DNA of 64,000 bases from a candidate division WOR-3 bacterium (GCA_039801725.1 JBDRVE010000004.1:6992-70991), one strand, 5' to 3'. Positions 29,186 to 39,413 are shown, counted from the first letter of the stretch. A program made the numbers and translations. The notes: generated from the sequence alone by a model not told the origin.

Positions 29186-29944
29186 CTATTCTTTGGCGGC
29201 AAATTTTTCTAAAATATTTTCGTTAATATCAAAATTGGAATAAACCTGTTGAACTTCTTCTAATTCTTCAATTGCGGAAATCAATTTTAATATCTTTTCC
29301 GCCACTTTTTCATCAGTTATTGTTACGGTAGTTAAGGGTAATTTTGTTAATTCTGCGTGGTCAATAGGAACATTATTTTCCTTTAACCTTTCTTTTACTT
29401 TGGAAAAATCTTCTAAAGAAGTAATTATTTGATAAGAACTTTCATCGACTTTTATATCCTCCGCCCCTGCTTCCAAAGCAATATTAAAAATTGTTTCTTC
29501 ATCTACTTTTTCTTTACTTACCATAATTACTCCTTTAGGTCTAAATTGCCAAGATACCGAACCTGCTTGGCCTAGATTACCACCGTATTTAGAAAAAATA
29601 TGCCGAATATCATTAACTGTTCGATTGCGATTATCAGTAAGAGTCTTAACAATAATTGCTACTCCCTCTGGACCGTAACCTTCAAATTCGATCTCTTCAT
29701 AAACTACTCCAGGAAGTTCACCGGTTCCTCTTTTTATAGCTCTTTCAATATTCTCACTGGGCATATTCGCCTCTTTTGCTGCCTCGATCGCCATTCTTAA
29801 GCGAGGATTGAAATCAGGATTCCCCCCTCCTAATCGCGCCGCCGTGGTTATTTCTCTTGCTAATTTAGAAAATAACTTACCTCTCTGTTGATCCACCTTA
29901 GCCTTCTTATGTTTTATTTGTGCCCATTTAGAATGGCCAGCCAT
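29186..29944 (-). CDS. yebC: YebC/PmpR family DNA-binding transcriptional regulator.
   Basis: MAGHSKWAQIKHKKAKVDQQRGKLFSKLAREI... canonical YebC N-terminus. 252 aa. Confidence 0.9.
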   Translation of the reverse strand: MAGHSKWAQIKHKKAKVDQQRGKLFSKLAREITTAARLGGGNPDFNPRLRMAIEAAKEANMPSENIERAIKRGTGELPGVVYEEIEFEGYGPEGVAIIVKTLTDNRNRTVNDIRHIFSKYGGNLGQAGSVSWQFRPKGVIMVSKEKVDEETIFNIALEAGAEDIKVDESSYQIITSLEDFSKVKERLKENNVPIDHAELTKLPLTTVTITDEKVAEKILKLISAIEELEEVQQVYSNFDINENILEKFAAKE

Positions 29945-29967
29945 AATTCCTCCGTTTTTCTATAAAT

Positions 29968-29995
29968 ATTATAAAACAAATTTAATAATTGTCAA
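29968..29995 (-). promoter_or_regulatory. Sigma70-type promoter for yebC.
   Basis: On the minus strand: TTGACA (29995..29990), 16-nt spacer, TATAAT (29973..29968). GGAGG ribosome-binding site at 29953..29949. Confidence 0.45.
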
Positions 29996-30298
29996 TTTAT
30001 TAAATATTTAAAAAAACCTTCTAAAATTTTGATTTTTCTATTTTTCGCTATTAATAAAATAATCGACTCAAACACTAATTCCTCTACCGCCAAGATAGTA
30101 GATACTACCCAAAGGGTAGATTTTTTTAAATCTCTAATTTATATCACTTATAAAAATTTAAAATTGATTTGAAACAATCAGAAATTAAAAATTTTAATTA
30201 ATAAATTTATTTAACCTATCTAACGATACCGCATTTTATTAATTAGTTACTTCCCTCTAATTATTGACAAAAACTTTCTTTTAACTCATATTTTAAAG

Positions 30299-30730
30299 AT
30301 GGCAGAGAGGCCTTATGAAGAATTAGTAATCCATGATAAATTAATCCTTTGTTTAAAACAAACAGTTTATCGATATCCTAATGAAAAGTATCCTTATTTA
30401 AAAACTTATGCCAATCATCCTGATAAGCATCGAGGGATATACAGCGCCAACAATGGTAATTATTATTATCCTGATCTGGTAGTAATTGATTTAAGAAATG
30501 AAAAAATAATTATGATTGCTGAAGTAGAAACCATTTCTACTTTAAATGAACAAGAGGCAGAGGAATGGAAAAATTTCTCTTATCTCTCTTCTCATTTTGC
30601 TCTTTTTTATCCTAAAGGTTATGAGTTTAAAATTCGTCAACTTTGTAAAAATATTAAAATTGATTCTTTCTTGGAATATAGCGAAATAGAAGGTAAATTT
30701 AAATTAGAGAAAAAAAGAATTATCTTTTAA
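30299..30730 (+). CDS. Hypothetical protein.
   Basis: 143-aa ORF. TTGACA at 30264 with a weak -10 lies just upstream, implying an essentially leaderless transcript. No family recognised. Confidence 0.35.
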   Translation: MAERPYEELVIHDKLILCLKQTVYRYPNEKYPYLKTYANHPDKHRGIYSANNGNYYYPDLVVIDLRNEKIIMIAEVETISTLNEQEAEEWKNFSYLSSHFALFYPKGYEFKIRQLCKNIKIDSFLEYSEIEGKFKLEKKRIIF

Positions 30731-31484
30731 AAAGATTTATATACCAATAAAAAAGGTACTCACCAAACAAAAAATTTAAAACTGTACTCACTGCTAAAAA
30801 GCTTCCAAAGGGAATATAATCTTTTATACTCCTCTTTTTAAGTATTAATAAGAATAAAGAAACAACCAATCCTAAAATAGCTCCACAAAATATAATAAAA
30901 AGCACATTTTTATAACCAAAATAACTACCTAAAAAACCAGCCATTTTTATATCGCCACCCCCTATCGCTTCTTTTTTTCTTAATAATAGCCATATTAATC
31001 TCAAAAGAAATAAAAAACCCGCTCCGACAACGATTCCGTACAAAGAAAATAAGGGGAATTTATCAATATTAAACAAAAAACCAAACAATATTCCTGGATA
31101 ATTTAGCCAATCAGGAATTATTTGAAATTCCCAATCAATAAAAAATATTATTAATAAAGCGCTAAACAAGAATATTAGCAAAATAGTTTTAAAAGAAAAA
31201 TTATGCCTTTCGTAACTAAATAGAAAAATGAAACCAGTTAACAATTCGACAATTGGGTAGCGAAAAGAAATTGATCTTTTACAACAACGGCATTTACCAC
31301 CTAAGAGAAGAAAACTTATTAAAGGAATATTATCATAAAACTTTATTTTTTTTTGACAAAAAGGGCAAAAGGAACTCGGTTTTATAATAGAAATCCCTCT
31401 GGGAGTTCGATAAATTAAAACATTAAAAAAACTACCGAAGACTAACCCAATGACAAAGGCAAAAATTTTATTAAAAACCGCCAC
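30720..31484 (-). CDS. pilD: Prepilin peptidase (A24 family, PilD).
   Basis: N-terminal CPFC...CRCC zinc motif and a multi-TM peptidase core with GGGDIKM. 254 aa. Confidence 0.85.
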   Translation of the reverse strand: MAVFNKIFAFVIGLVFGSFFNVLIYRTPRGISIIKPSSFCPFCQKKIKFYDNIPLISFLLLGGKCRCCKRSISFRYPIVELLTGFIFLFSYERHNFSFKTILLIFLFSALLIIFFIDWEFQIIPDWLNYPGILFGFLFNIDKFPLFSLYGIVVGAGFLFLLRLIWLLLRKKEAIGGGDIKMAGFLGSYFGYKNVLFIIFCGAILGLVVSLFLLILKKRSIKDYIPFGSFLAVSTVLNFLFGEYLFYWYINLFKR

Positions 31485-32595
31485 TCAAAACACTCCTAAC
31501 AAATTTTTCATCGTTACAATATTCAAACAAAGTTTCCCGAGTAATTATCCCTTGTTGATAAAGTTTAATCAGAGATTGATCTAAAGTTTGCATTCCAAAT
31601 TCGGTACCAGTTTGCACCAAAGAAGGAATCTGATAAGACTTATTTTCTCTAATAAGATTTTTTATTGCTGGTGTGCCAACCAAAATTTCCATTGCTGCTG
31701 CTCTTCCGCCTTCCTTTCTGGGAACCAAAATTTGAGAAATAATACCAACAATTACGTTAGCAAAAATGTGCCTAATAAAATTTTGTTGTTCGGCAGGAAA
31801 AACATCAATTACCCGATCGACAGTCTCTGCGACATTATTAGTATGAAGAGTAGAAAGGACCAAATGACCAGTCTCGGCAGCAGTAAGCGCTAAAGAAATT
31901 GTTTCCAAATCTCGCATTTCGCCAATTAAAATCACATCCGGGTCTTCTCGTAGACATGCTCTTAAAGCCGAAACAAAAGAACGAGAGTGAACCCCTATCT
32001 CTCTCTGGCTTATTAAACAGTTTCTTCCTTTAAAAACATATTCTATCGGATCTTCAATGGTAATTATCCTTAAAGCCTTTTCCCTGTCCAACAAATCAAT
32101 CATACTCGCCAAGGTGGTAGATTTACCACATCCAGTGGGACCCGTAACCAAAATTAATCCTCTCTTTTTTCTCACCAATTCAGCAACTATCGGTGGAGCC
32201 GGTAGTTCTTCCAAAGTTCTTATTCTTGCCGGAATAATCCGAAAGGCAGCACCAATACCATTCATATCCAAAAAAACATTTACCCGTGCTCGGATTCGAT
32301 CTTTGCTCACATACTCCAATCTCATCCCCTCGGTAGCTTCTCCCCAAGTATAGGAAAAATCAAGTTCTCTTTTTTTTTCCAACGTTTCAATCTGTTCTTT
32401 ATTCAAAATTGAATAAATTATTTCTTTTGTATCTTCTTTTTTTAAAGGAGGTCCAGGAATTCTTTTTAATTCGCCATTTACTCTAATTATTGGTGGATTA
32501 TTAGCGGTAATATGTAAATCTGACGCCCCATAAGCAGCTGCATATTTCAATAATTCATCAATTTTCTTAACATATTTCTCTTCTTTTTTTTCCAT
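31471..32595 (-). CDS. pilT: Type IV pilus twitching-motility ATPase PilT.
   Basis: GLILVTGPTGCGKSTT, DVILIGEMRD and AIKNLIRE. 374 aa. Confidence 0.85.
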   Translation of the reverse strand: MEKKEEKYVKKIDELLKYAAAYGASDLHITANNPPIIRVNGELKRIPGPPLKKEDTKEIIYSILNKEQIETLEKKRELDFSYTWGEATEGMRLEYVSKDRIRARVNVFLDMNGIGAAFRIIPARIRTLEELPAPPIVAELVRKKRGLILVTGPTGCGKSTTLASMIDLLDREKALRIITIEDPIEYVFKGRNCLISQREIGVHSRSFVSALRACLREDPDVILIGEMRDLETISLALTAAETGHLVLSTLHTNNVAETVDRVIDVFPAEQQNFIRHIFANVIVGIISQILVPRKEGGRAAAMEILVGTPAIKNLIRENKSYQIPSLVQTGTEFGMQTLDQSLIKLYQQGIITRETLFEYCNDEKFVRSVLSGGF

Positions 32596-32626
32596 TTAAT
32601 TAAAACTAAATTATTGAAGTGAAAAA

Positions 32627-34177
32627 TTATCCTTGGCTTTCTATAACTCTCGGGATTATAAAAATAAGTAATTCACTTTCTTCTTTTCTTATAGAAGTTC
32701 GAGTAAATAATTTTCCTAAAATTGGTATAGAACCCAAAATCGGAATCCTCGTTTCCGCCCTAGTCTCTTGTTCTCGCTTCAAACCACCGATTACAATCAC
32801 TTCACCATCTTTGGCCGCTACTTGAGTTTTTGCTTCCCGCGTAGCAATTATTGGGACCTCCTGCTCGCCAGCAGTTCGCCAACCAATGATCGCTTCTACT
32901 TTTGGTTCTATTTCCATTGTAATACTTCCATCTTTCGTTAAATGAGGAGAAACTGTTAACATAATCCCTATCGATCTTTCTCGCCAAGTATAAACTCTTT
33001 CTCGTGTCTCAGGATCGACGCGAACTTCTAATAAAGGAACCTTCGTCACCATTTCCACCGTAGCCTTTTGATTGTCCATAGTTAAGGTATGAGGATTAGC
33101 GAGTAATTTTGCCTTTCCTTTTGATTGCAATAATTCCAAAGCCGCTGACATCTGAGCAAAAGAAAGTTTACCAATTATTAAATGCTTAAAAGTTATTGGT
33201 ATTGCTATCTCTTTACCAATATCAGGAACAGTAGCAGTGGCTGCAGTTCGTATTGACCAGTCAATTCCATAAATTTCATCCGAAGATATTGTTGTTTCAA
33301 TAAATTTAGCCTCAATAGAAATTTGTGGCGCCGGCCGGTCAAGTTCAGCAATTAATTTCTCGATTTCTGCTAATTTTTCAGGAATATCAGTAATTATTAA
33401 ATAAGAAGCTCTTTTACTTCCGCCTCCTTCGCCAATCTTCTTTTCCACTGCTTCTACTCTCCCCTTGGAAGAAAGAAATTTATCTATTACTTTTTTAATA
33501 TCATTTGCTTCAGCATAATTTAAATTGTATACTCGGGTATGAAGTTCTCCTTCAATATCTTTTTTAAAAGGTTTTACCATTATTACCCCTTCACTAATTT
33601 CTACTGCATTACATTCTACCGCTCTTAAAATAGCAGAAAAGGCAACCGAAAAAGGAACATCATCAAAACGCATAGTTACTGTTCCTTTTACTTCGGGTGA
33701 AGCAATTATATTAATATTTCCTAAACGTGAAAGCATTCTCAACACATCAATGATATCAGCATCTTTTACCTCTAAAGAAACTGTTTTTTCTGTCATCTTC
33801 TTTTCGGTAGGTAATGAAACGGTTTCTTTACTTAATTCCAAAACTATTAAATTATTTTGACGAAAGGCATTATAAGCATAAGGAGCTTCCAAGTTTATAT
33901 TTACTTTTGTTCCTTCTTTATCCTCTTTGATTATAAAATTTTTTATACCAAATTTTGCTACCTCGATTGTCTCCTTTGTTGAAGATTTTACACCGAATAA
34001 AATTATATTAATTGTGGGCGGAAACAAATTAAGAGAAGTTTGAAACTCGCAAAAAGTATCGCAACTCAAAGTAATTCTGATTTTTTCTAAAAGTTCTTCG
34101 TAATAAATATTTCTTAAAAAATTTCCGTAAGAAAAACAGCACATTATTAAAATTAATAGAAAAATATATTTTCTCAT
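32627..34177 (-). CDS. pilQ: Type IV pilus secretin PilQ.
   Basis: STN-like N-domain (DADIIDVLRMLSRLGNINII) and the C-terminal secretin motif IPILGSIPILGKLF. 516 aa with a signal peptide. Confidence 0.8.
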   Translation of the reverse strand: MRKYIFLLILIMCCFSYGNFLRNIYYEELLEKIRITLSCDTFCEFQTSLNLFPPTINIILFGVKSSTKETIEVAKFGIKNFIIKEDKEGTKVNINLEAPYAYNAFRQNNLIVLELSKETVSLPTEKKMTEKTVSLEVKDADIIDVLRMLSRLGNINIIASPEVKGTVTMRFDDVPFSVAFSAILRAVECNAVEISEGVIMVKPFKKDIEGELHTRVYNLNYAEANDIKKVIDKFLSSKGRVEAVEKKIGEGGGSKRASYLIITDIPEKLAEIEKLIAELDRPAPQISIEAKFIETTISSDEIYGIDWSIRTAATATVPDIGKEIAIPITFKHLIIGKLSFAQMSAALELLQSKGKAKLLANPHTLTMDNQKATVEMVTKVPLLEVRVDPETRERVYTWRERSIGIMLTVSPHLTKDGSITMEIEPKVEAIIGWRTAGEQEVPIIATREAKTQVAAKDGEVIVIGGLKREQETRAETRIPILGSIPILGKLFTRTSIRKEESELLIFIIPRVIESQG

Positions 34178-34198
34178 AATATTTCCTCCTTTTATTAA

Positions 34199-34714
34199 TT
34201 ATTCACCCAAAAAAATTGTGAATCTTTTTCCACCTTTTTCTACAATTACTCTATCTTTCTCAATAGCAACTATCTTTTTTCCATCAATAATGTCCCCAAC
34301 ACGAACTACTTGATTGTTAATAACTGCGTAAGCCTCGTTTTTACTTATGGTAATTGCTGAAACAACCAACGATTTCATTTCAGCAGCATAAGAAAAATCT
34401 CTTACAAAAGGATCCTCTCCCCATTTCTCAGTATCTTCTTCTATCTTGGCGGTACCCATCGGTTTAAACTCTAAAGTCTCTTTTTTTGCCGAAATTTTAA
34501 CGACAGTTAATGTTTCCTTTTTAACCACTGAAGGAACTATCGATTCTTTTTTAATTTCTTGTTTTTGCAAAACTGCCAATGTTTCTTGTTTTACTTTTGA
34601 CTTCGTAATTCTAGTAACCGAAGTAATTTTTGATTTGGGTTTTGGCCGCAATAAAGTAAAAAAAATCAAAACGACTACTAAAATTCCAATCAAAATAATT
34701 AACCTTTGTCGCAT
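34199..34714 (-). CDS. PilP-like pilus assembly protein (N-terminal TM anchor plus a C-terminal beta domain).
   Basis: TM helix, then a C-terminal AYAVINNQVVRVGDIIDGKKIVAIEKDRVIVEKGGKRFTIF domain. Paralogous to the C-terminus of the adjacent 34750..35286 product. Position between pilO and pilQ. Confidence 0.4.
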   Translation of the reverse strand: MRQRLIILIGILVVVLIFFTLLRPKPKSKITSVTRITKSKVKQETLAVLQKQEIKKESIVPSVVKKETLTVVKISAKKETLEFKPMGTAKIEEDTEKWGEDPFVRDFSYAAEMKSLVVSAITISKNEAYAVINNQVVRVGDIIDGKKIVAIEKDRVIVEKGGKRFTIFLGE

Positions 34715-34749
34715 ATTATTATAGTAATAAAATTTTTAAAAATGTCAAT

Positions 34750-35286
34750 TTATCTCCTTTTTTTACTTCTTAATGTTGTTAAGGGAACGCAATTCTCGCC
34801 AACACGCACAGTAGTAATTTCGCCAAGATAGTCAAGAGTAATCTTATCAGATTCAATTTTTACAATTCTTCTTCCCATTATTTCATCACCCACTTTATAT
34901 TGTTTTCCATCGATTAGAGCGTATGGAGTATTTTCTACTGTTATAATTGCTTGTAAGATATACATTCCCTTAGTTCTTTTTCTTCTCGCTTTCTTTCTAC
35001 CTTCTCTTTGTAATTTTTGTAATTCTCTCTGTCTCCTTCTTTCTTCTTTTAATCGTTTTCTTTCTAATTTTCTTAATTCTCTCTCCTTTCGTCTTTCTTC
35101 TCTACTTTTCTTTTCCCTTTTTTCTAAACTCCCTACTCTTCTTCCAGCTTTTCTTGCTCGCTTACTTCCTTCAACAACCTCCTGTGTTTTTCGGACAGCC
35201 TGTTGAACAGGCTTTTTCTTTAAAATTCGTGAACCAACAAAAATTAGAATAAACAAAAGAATCAAAATAGGTATTAATCTTCGCAT
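34750..35286 (-). CDS. PilP-like pilus assembly protein with a long Arg/Lys/Glu-rich charged linker.
   Basis: TM helix; about 65 aa of RKERELRKLERKRLKEERRRQRELQKLQREGRKKARRK; then C-terminal PYALIDGKQYKVGDEIMGRRIVKIESDKITLDYLGE, homologous to the neighbouring gene. Confidence 0.4.
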   Translation of the reverse strand: MRRLIPILILLFILIFVGSRILKKKPVQQAVRKTQEVVEGSKRARKAGRRVGSLEKREKKSREERRKERELRKLERKRLKEERRRQRELQKLQREGRKKARRKRTKGMYILQAIITVENTPYALIDGKQYKVGDEIMGRRIVKIESDKITLDYLGEITTVRVGENCVPLTTLRSKKRR

Positions 35287-35294
35287 AATACCTC

Positions 35295-35867
35295 CTACAA
35301 AATTTTTCCTACTAAACTAGAAGCAAATATGTTAACCAGAATTCTTGCTTCAATTAATGGTTTTATCTCATCTTTACCGGTAAATTCTAATTCGTAAACT
35401 TTAATAAAATAAGGGAATTTCCTTAAATCAGCAATAAATTTTCCAATATCTAAATACCTTCCTTGAAGAGTAATTTCAAAAGGAATTGGTCTTAAAGGAT
35501 TTTCTTTTGTTTCTTGTGTTAAAAGAGTATCCAAACCCGGTGGTCGAATACTGAGAAATTTTATATTATATTTTTTGGCTTCTTCTGACAATTGTCTAAC
35601 CAATTGTAAAACCTCGCTTCGTGGGGCAATACGGGCAACAAATTCTCTATTCTCTTCCTCTAATTTAGCGATTCTCTGTTTTAAAACTTCTGTCTCCTTA
35701 GCCAATTTTCTTAATTCCTCAATCTTTGTTTTTAACGCTTTAGCTTCTGATTTTAATTTTGCCCGCGAAGCAATTTTGGGCTGATAAAAGAAAATTACAA
35801 AAATCACAATTATTAAAAAAAGTACAATCAATCCACCCACTAGCCATTTTCTTTGTAAAAGATTCAT
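35295..35867 (-). CDS. pilO: Type IV pilus assembly protein PilO.
   Basis: N-terminal TM helix, coiled coil and C-terminal ferredoxin-like region. 190 aa. Position after pilMN. Confidence 0.55.
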   Translation of the reverse strand: MNLLQRKWLVGGLIVLFLIIVIFVIFFYQPKIASRAKLKSEAKALKTKIEELRKLAKETEVLKQRIAKLEEENREFVARIAPRSEVLQLVRQLSEEAKKYNIKFLSIRPPGLDTLLTQETKENPLRPIPFEITLQGRYLDIGKFIADLRKFPYFIKVYELEFTGKDEIKPLIEARILVNIFASSLVGKIL

Positions 35868-35877
35868 CTTTACCTCC

Positions 35878-37488
35878 CTATTCTAATAGGCATTCCAATT
35901 CAAAATTCAAAACTTCTTCTCCGATAAGATAAGTTTTTGTTTTATTAATCAAATTAACCTCTTTTACCATTTTGCTGTTTTCTAACTTCCACATAAAATC
36001 TGCTAAATCAACTTCCAAATATTCCGGTCTGCCGGTCACTACACCTTTAATATTAATTTTAGAAAGCCCGGTAAATGTAAGGCTATTAAGCTGAATATTA
36101 GAAGGTACCTCCCTTGAGAAAAATCTTAAGAGAGGTGTCACTACTTCTGTTTCACCAACAATTCCTTTAAGTAATTTTTGCTGAGCCTCTAATTCATCTA
36201 CTTTATTCTTTAAATTAGTATACTCCTGAGAAATTACTTCGACTTCTTTTAGTTCCCTTTGGAGTTTTTTTATTTGACCTTGCTCTATGGCTTTTTGAAC
36301 TTCTAAGCCGATATTTATAAGAATAAGCAAAGGAATTAAAACTATGGCTATCGCACCCACTATTTGTAAGTCTCTAGCTGCATATCTTCTGAATTTAATC
36401 TCAGAAGGCAAAAGATCTACCGCCTCTGGATCATAATGTAGTCCTAAACAAGCAACCAATCGGTGACCAATATTTTGGGGATAATTTGGTAAATAAAGGT
36501 TATAATTTTTAAAAGGATCAAACACCTCAACACTAATTTTTAAATTCTCTTCTAAAAATTCTTTTAAACCTTTAAGTTCTGCGCCGCCACCACAAATTAA
36601 AATTCGGTTTATCGCTGGTATGCCATATTCTCTTTTATAAAAATCAATGGTTCGATTTATCTCTCCTAAAAATCTTTCTAAAGCCGGACGTTGCAAACTA
36701 AGTAATCTTTTTACTTTTACTCCGTTAGGCAAAGTCTCTTCATTAGTCTCTTCCGGAATACCATATATTCTTTTATATCTTTCCGCTTCTTCCAAACTTA
36801 AAGCCAATTCTCCTTCCTCGGTCATAATTGCTACAGTCATTGCTTCAGTAATAGAATTTCCGGCAGTGGTAACCGTTCGTGTAAATTCTAATTGTTTATT
36901 TCTAATAAAGATTATGTCGGTAAATTCAGCGCCAATATCTAAAAGAGCAACTACTTCTTCTTCTTTAAGATTTCCAAATTTCTTCGCGGCCGCAGCTAAG
37001 GCAAAAGGAATTACCGAAATAGCTGTTGGTTCTAAACCAACTTTTCTTAAAGTGGCAATATGATCGGCAATAATATCTTTTCTTACTGACACCACCATTA
37101 CGTTGTTAGCTTCTTTTCCTGCTTCTTCTATTGTTCCTAAAGTTTTATAATCCAAAATTGCTTCATCAATAGTAAAAGGAGAGTATTTATCTAATCGTAG
37201 AAAAATTGCGTCTCGCAATTCTTTTTTTGACATTTTAGGAAAAGGTGCCTGACGTAAACTTACCGAAGGGCCACTAACAAAAGAATACACCTTTGCTGGT
37301 TTCACGTCTTTAATCAATTCTCTAATAATTCCGCTAATATCAGGAATCTCAACAAATTCTCTTAAACCATAAGCACAAACTTTATCTTTTTCCATATAAA
37401 CAAATTTAACTGATTGAGAACCAATATCAATTGACAAAGCACCTTTTCCTTCTTTTTGAAACAGTGTCTTAAAATCAATACCTTTCAC
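35878..37488 (-). CDS. pilM: PilM-PilN fusion protein (actin-like ATPase-fold PilM fused to a TM/coiled-coil PilN).
   Basis: N-terminal ~350 aa with SIDIGSQSVKFVYM and ILICGGGAELKGLKEFLEE (PilM/FtsA fold), then a TM helix (IVGAIAIVLIPLLILINIG) and a coiled-coil PilN-like tail. 536 aa. Confidence 0.7.
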   Translation of the reverse strand: MKGIDFKTLFQKEGKGALSIDIGSQSVKFVYMEKDKVCAYGLREFVEIPDISGIIRELIKDVKPAKVYSFVSGPSVSLRQAPFPKMSKKELRDAIFLRLDKYSPFTIDEAILDYKTLGTIEEAGKEANNVMVVSVRKDIIADHIATLRKVGLEPTAISVIPFALAAAAKKFGNLKEEEVVALLDIGAEFTDIIFIRNKQLEFTRTVTTAGNSITEAMTVAIMTEEGELALSLEEAERYKRIYGIPEETNEETLPNGVKVKRLLSLQRPALERFLGEINRTIDFYKREYGIPAINRILICGGGAELKGLKEFLEENLKISVEVFDPFKNYNLYLPNYPQNIGHRLVACLGLHYDPEAVDLLPSEIKFRRYAARDLQIVGAIAIVLIPLLILINIGLEVQKAIEQGQIKKLQRELKEVEVISQEYTNLKNKVDELEAQQKLLKGIVGETEVVTPLLRFFSREVPSNIQLNSLTFTGLSKINIKGVVTGRPEYLEVDLADFMWKLENSKMVKEVNLINKTKTYLIGEEVLNFELECLLE

Positions 37489-37501
37489 TTTTCACCCCCT
37501 T

Positions 37502-38635
37502 TTAAGGAATTAAAAATTGATTCACTGAACCATCACTAGTTCTAATTTTTACTAATTTATTTCTTAAATTAACTGGCATATCGCCATTAGGTCTACGATT
37601 ATTATAAAAACCTAATAATGTAAACATTCTAATAGCATGGGGAAAAAACACAACCATACTATCTATTCTATTAAAATCTACATTTTCATTTGTCCCAAAC
37701 CTATTACCGCCATCAAAATCGGCAACAATAACACTATCAATAACAATAGTTTCATAAAATATACTATCAGAAGATGATAACGAAATTAAATTAAAACTAT
37801 TAATTCTTATTGTTTCAGTCGTAGGATTAAATAATTTAAAAGAGAAATTGTTAAAATTTGTATCTGGAGCAATAGAAAAAGAGACAGCAGAATTGTTTAC
37901 GTAAACCAAACTTCCCCGGAAAATTCCTGGCAATCGAAATTCCACAAAAACTTGAGACTTAGGTAGCACCGTTACATATTTACGCAAAGTTTCCTTAGGA
38001 GAATAAACTTTTACTAAATGAATACCTATCGGAATATTCTCAAAAGAAAAAAAACCATCCCAATGAGGTATAGATTCTACATATACTATTTCTCCATCTT
38101 TAGGATATTCGCAGCTTACTCGAAAATTAACCGCCATATTTCCCGGTGGATTTTTTTCGCTATCATAAACATAGCCATAAATTTTGTTATTAAATAAATC
38201 ATTATAATTTTCGGCAATTTTATAGGTTAAAGTAAATCGGCCATTAGCAAAACTTCTAATCGCTAGATCTTCGGGAGTATATTGATAATATCTTCCCCAA
38301 GCATCAATTTTATAACTCTCTTTATCTTCTAAAAAATCTAATTTCAAATAAGGACCTTTCCATAAACCACCTTCATTATTTACTAAAGCGCCTAAACTAT
38401 CAGGTAACTTTCCCATATCACCCACATAACCAAAATCCACTCTTTTTCCATCAATAATTAATTCCGGATCACCAGTAATCGCTTTACCAAGTTTTTTTAA
38501 TTCTTCCATTGTTTCATCTATCTGGGAACGTTCACGAATTCGATCAATCGCGCTTAAGGAAATACCGGCAAGAATACCAATGATCACCATCACAACAATC
38601 ATTTCTAATAACGTAACTCCTTTATTTCTTTTCAT
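37502..38635 (-). CDS. Prepilin-type pseudopilin (GspG/PulG-like domain) with an extended C-terminal domain.
   Basis: N-terminal methylation motif KG|VTLLEMIVVMVIIGILAG, plus GspG-like LWKGPYL and DAWGRYYQY. 377 aa. Confidence 0.6.
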   Translation of the reverse strand: MKRNKGVTLLEMIVVMVIIGILAGISLSAIDRIRERSQIDETMEELKKLGKAITGDPELIIDGKRVDFGYVGDMGKLPDSLGALVNNEGGLWKGPYLKLDFLEDKESYKIDAWGRYYQYTPEDLAIRSFANGRFTLTYKIAENYNDLFNNKIYGYVYDSEKNPPGNMAVNFRVSCEYPKDGEIVYVESIPHWDGFFSFENIPIGIHLVKVYSPKETLRKYVTVLPKSQVFVEFRLPGIFRGSLVYVNNSAVSFSIAPDTNFNNFSFKLFNPTTETIRINSFNLISLSSSDSIFYETIVIDSVIVADFDGGNRFGTNENVDFNRIDSMVVFFPHAIRMFTLLGFYNNRRPNGDMPVNLRNKLVKIRTSDGSVNQFLIP

Positions 38636-38642
38636 AATTAAA

Positions 38643-39410
38643 TTATTCCTGAAAATTAACTCGGCTAAATTTTATTTCAATATTTTTGGCTCCAATTCGA
38701 GGATAAACGTTGATAACTTTTTCAATGGAGTCATATTGAAGAGTATCTCGATATACACACACCAATCTTCTTTTTCCGATAGGAACTCCGGCATACATAA
38801 AATTTCCACCACTTTGTGGATGAATAGAATCAATAATCATTCTACCTTCTCGTGGATAGAAAAAAGTTATTGATATATAAGTAGCTTTTATTGAGTCAGG
38901 CGGATTTCCTAAAGCATCGTATACTATTCCACTTACTTCATTATTAAAAAGGTCGGAAAAGGAACTTGCTAATTTTTTTGTTAGCCATTTTTGATAATTA
39001 ACATCGCCACCACCCGCATAACTTCTGATAATTAAACTTTCAGGATAATATTTATAAGAGTCACCCCAGGCATCTATCAAAAACCCTCTAGGATTCTCAG
39101 CAAATGCCGGCTTTAAATAAGGTCCTTTCCACAAAGCACTATCTACATAATCTGGTTTAACAACAAGATCTATTAAATTTTTAGGCAACATTCCGCAATC
39201 GCCAACGAAACCAAAATCGATTCTTGTTCCCATGTATGTTAATCGTTCATCACCTACAATGGCTCTGCCAATTTCATCTAACTCTTTTATCGTCTCTTCG
39301 ATTCTTTGCCTTTCTAATGTTACATCCCATGTTTTTACTGCTGCCGAAGCTAATATTCCAATAATTACCATTACAATCAACAGTTCTAAAAGAGTGACAC
39401 CTTTCTTCAT
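38643..39410 (-). CDS. Prepilin-type pseudopilin (GspG-like). Paralog of the 37502..38635 product.
   Basis: KG|VTLLELLIVMVIIGILA, LWKGPYL and DAWGDSYKYYP. 255 aa. Confidence 0.6.
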   Translation of the reverse strand: MKKGVTLLELLIVMVIIGILASAAVKTWDVTLERQRIEETIKELDEIGRAIVGDERLTYMGTRIDFGFVGDCGMLPKNLIDLVVKPDYVDSALWKGPYLKPAFAENPRGFLIDAWGDSYKYYPESLIIRSYAGGGDVNYQKWLTKKLASSFSDLFNNEVSGIVYDALGNPPDSIKATYISITFFYPREGRMIIDSIHPQSGGNFMYAGVPIGKRRLVCVYRDTLQYDSIEKVINVYPRIGAKNIEIKFSRVNFQE

Positions 39411-39413
39411 TAA

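Noticed and set aside
30299-30730. PD-(D/E)xK nuclease-like motif (PDLVVIDL...EVET) in the 143-aa hypothetical.
   Set aside because: The catalytic Lys of the (D/E)xK element is absent (E-V-E-T). The resemblance is too weak to call.
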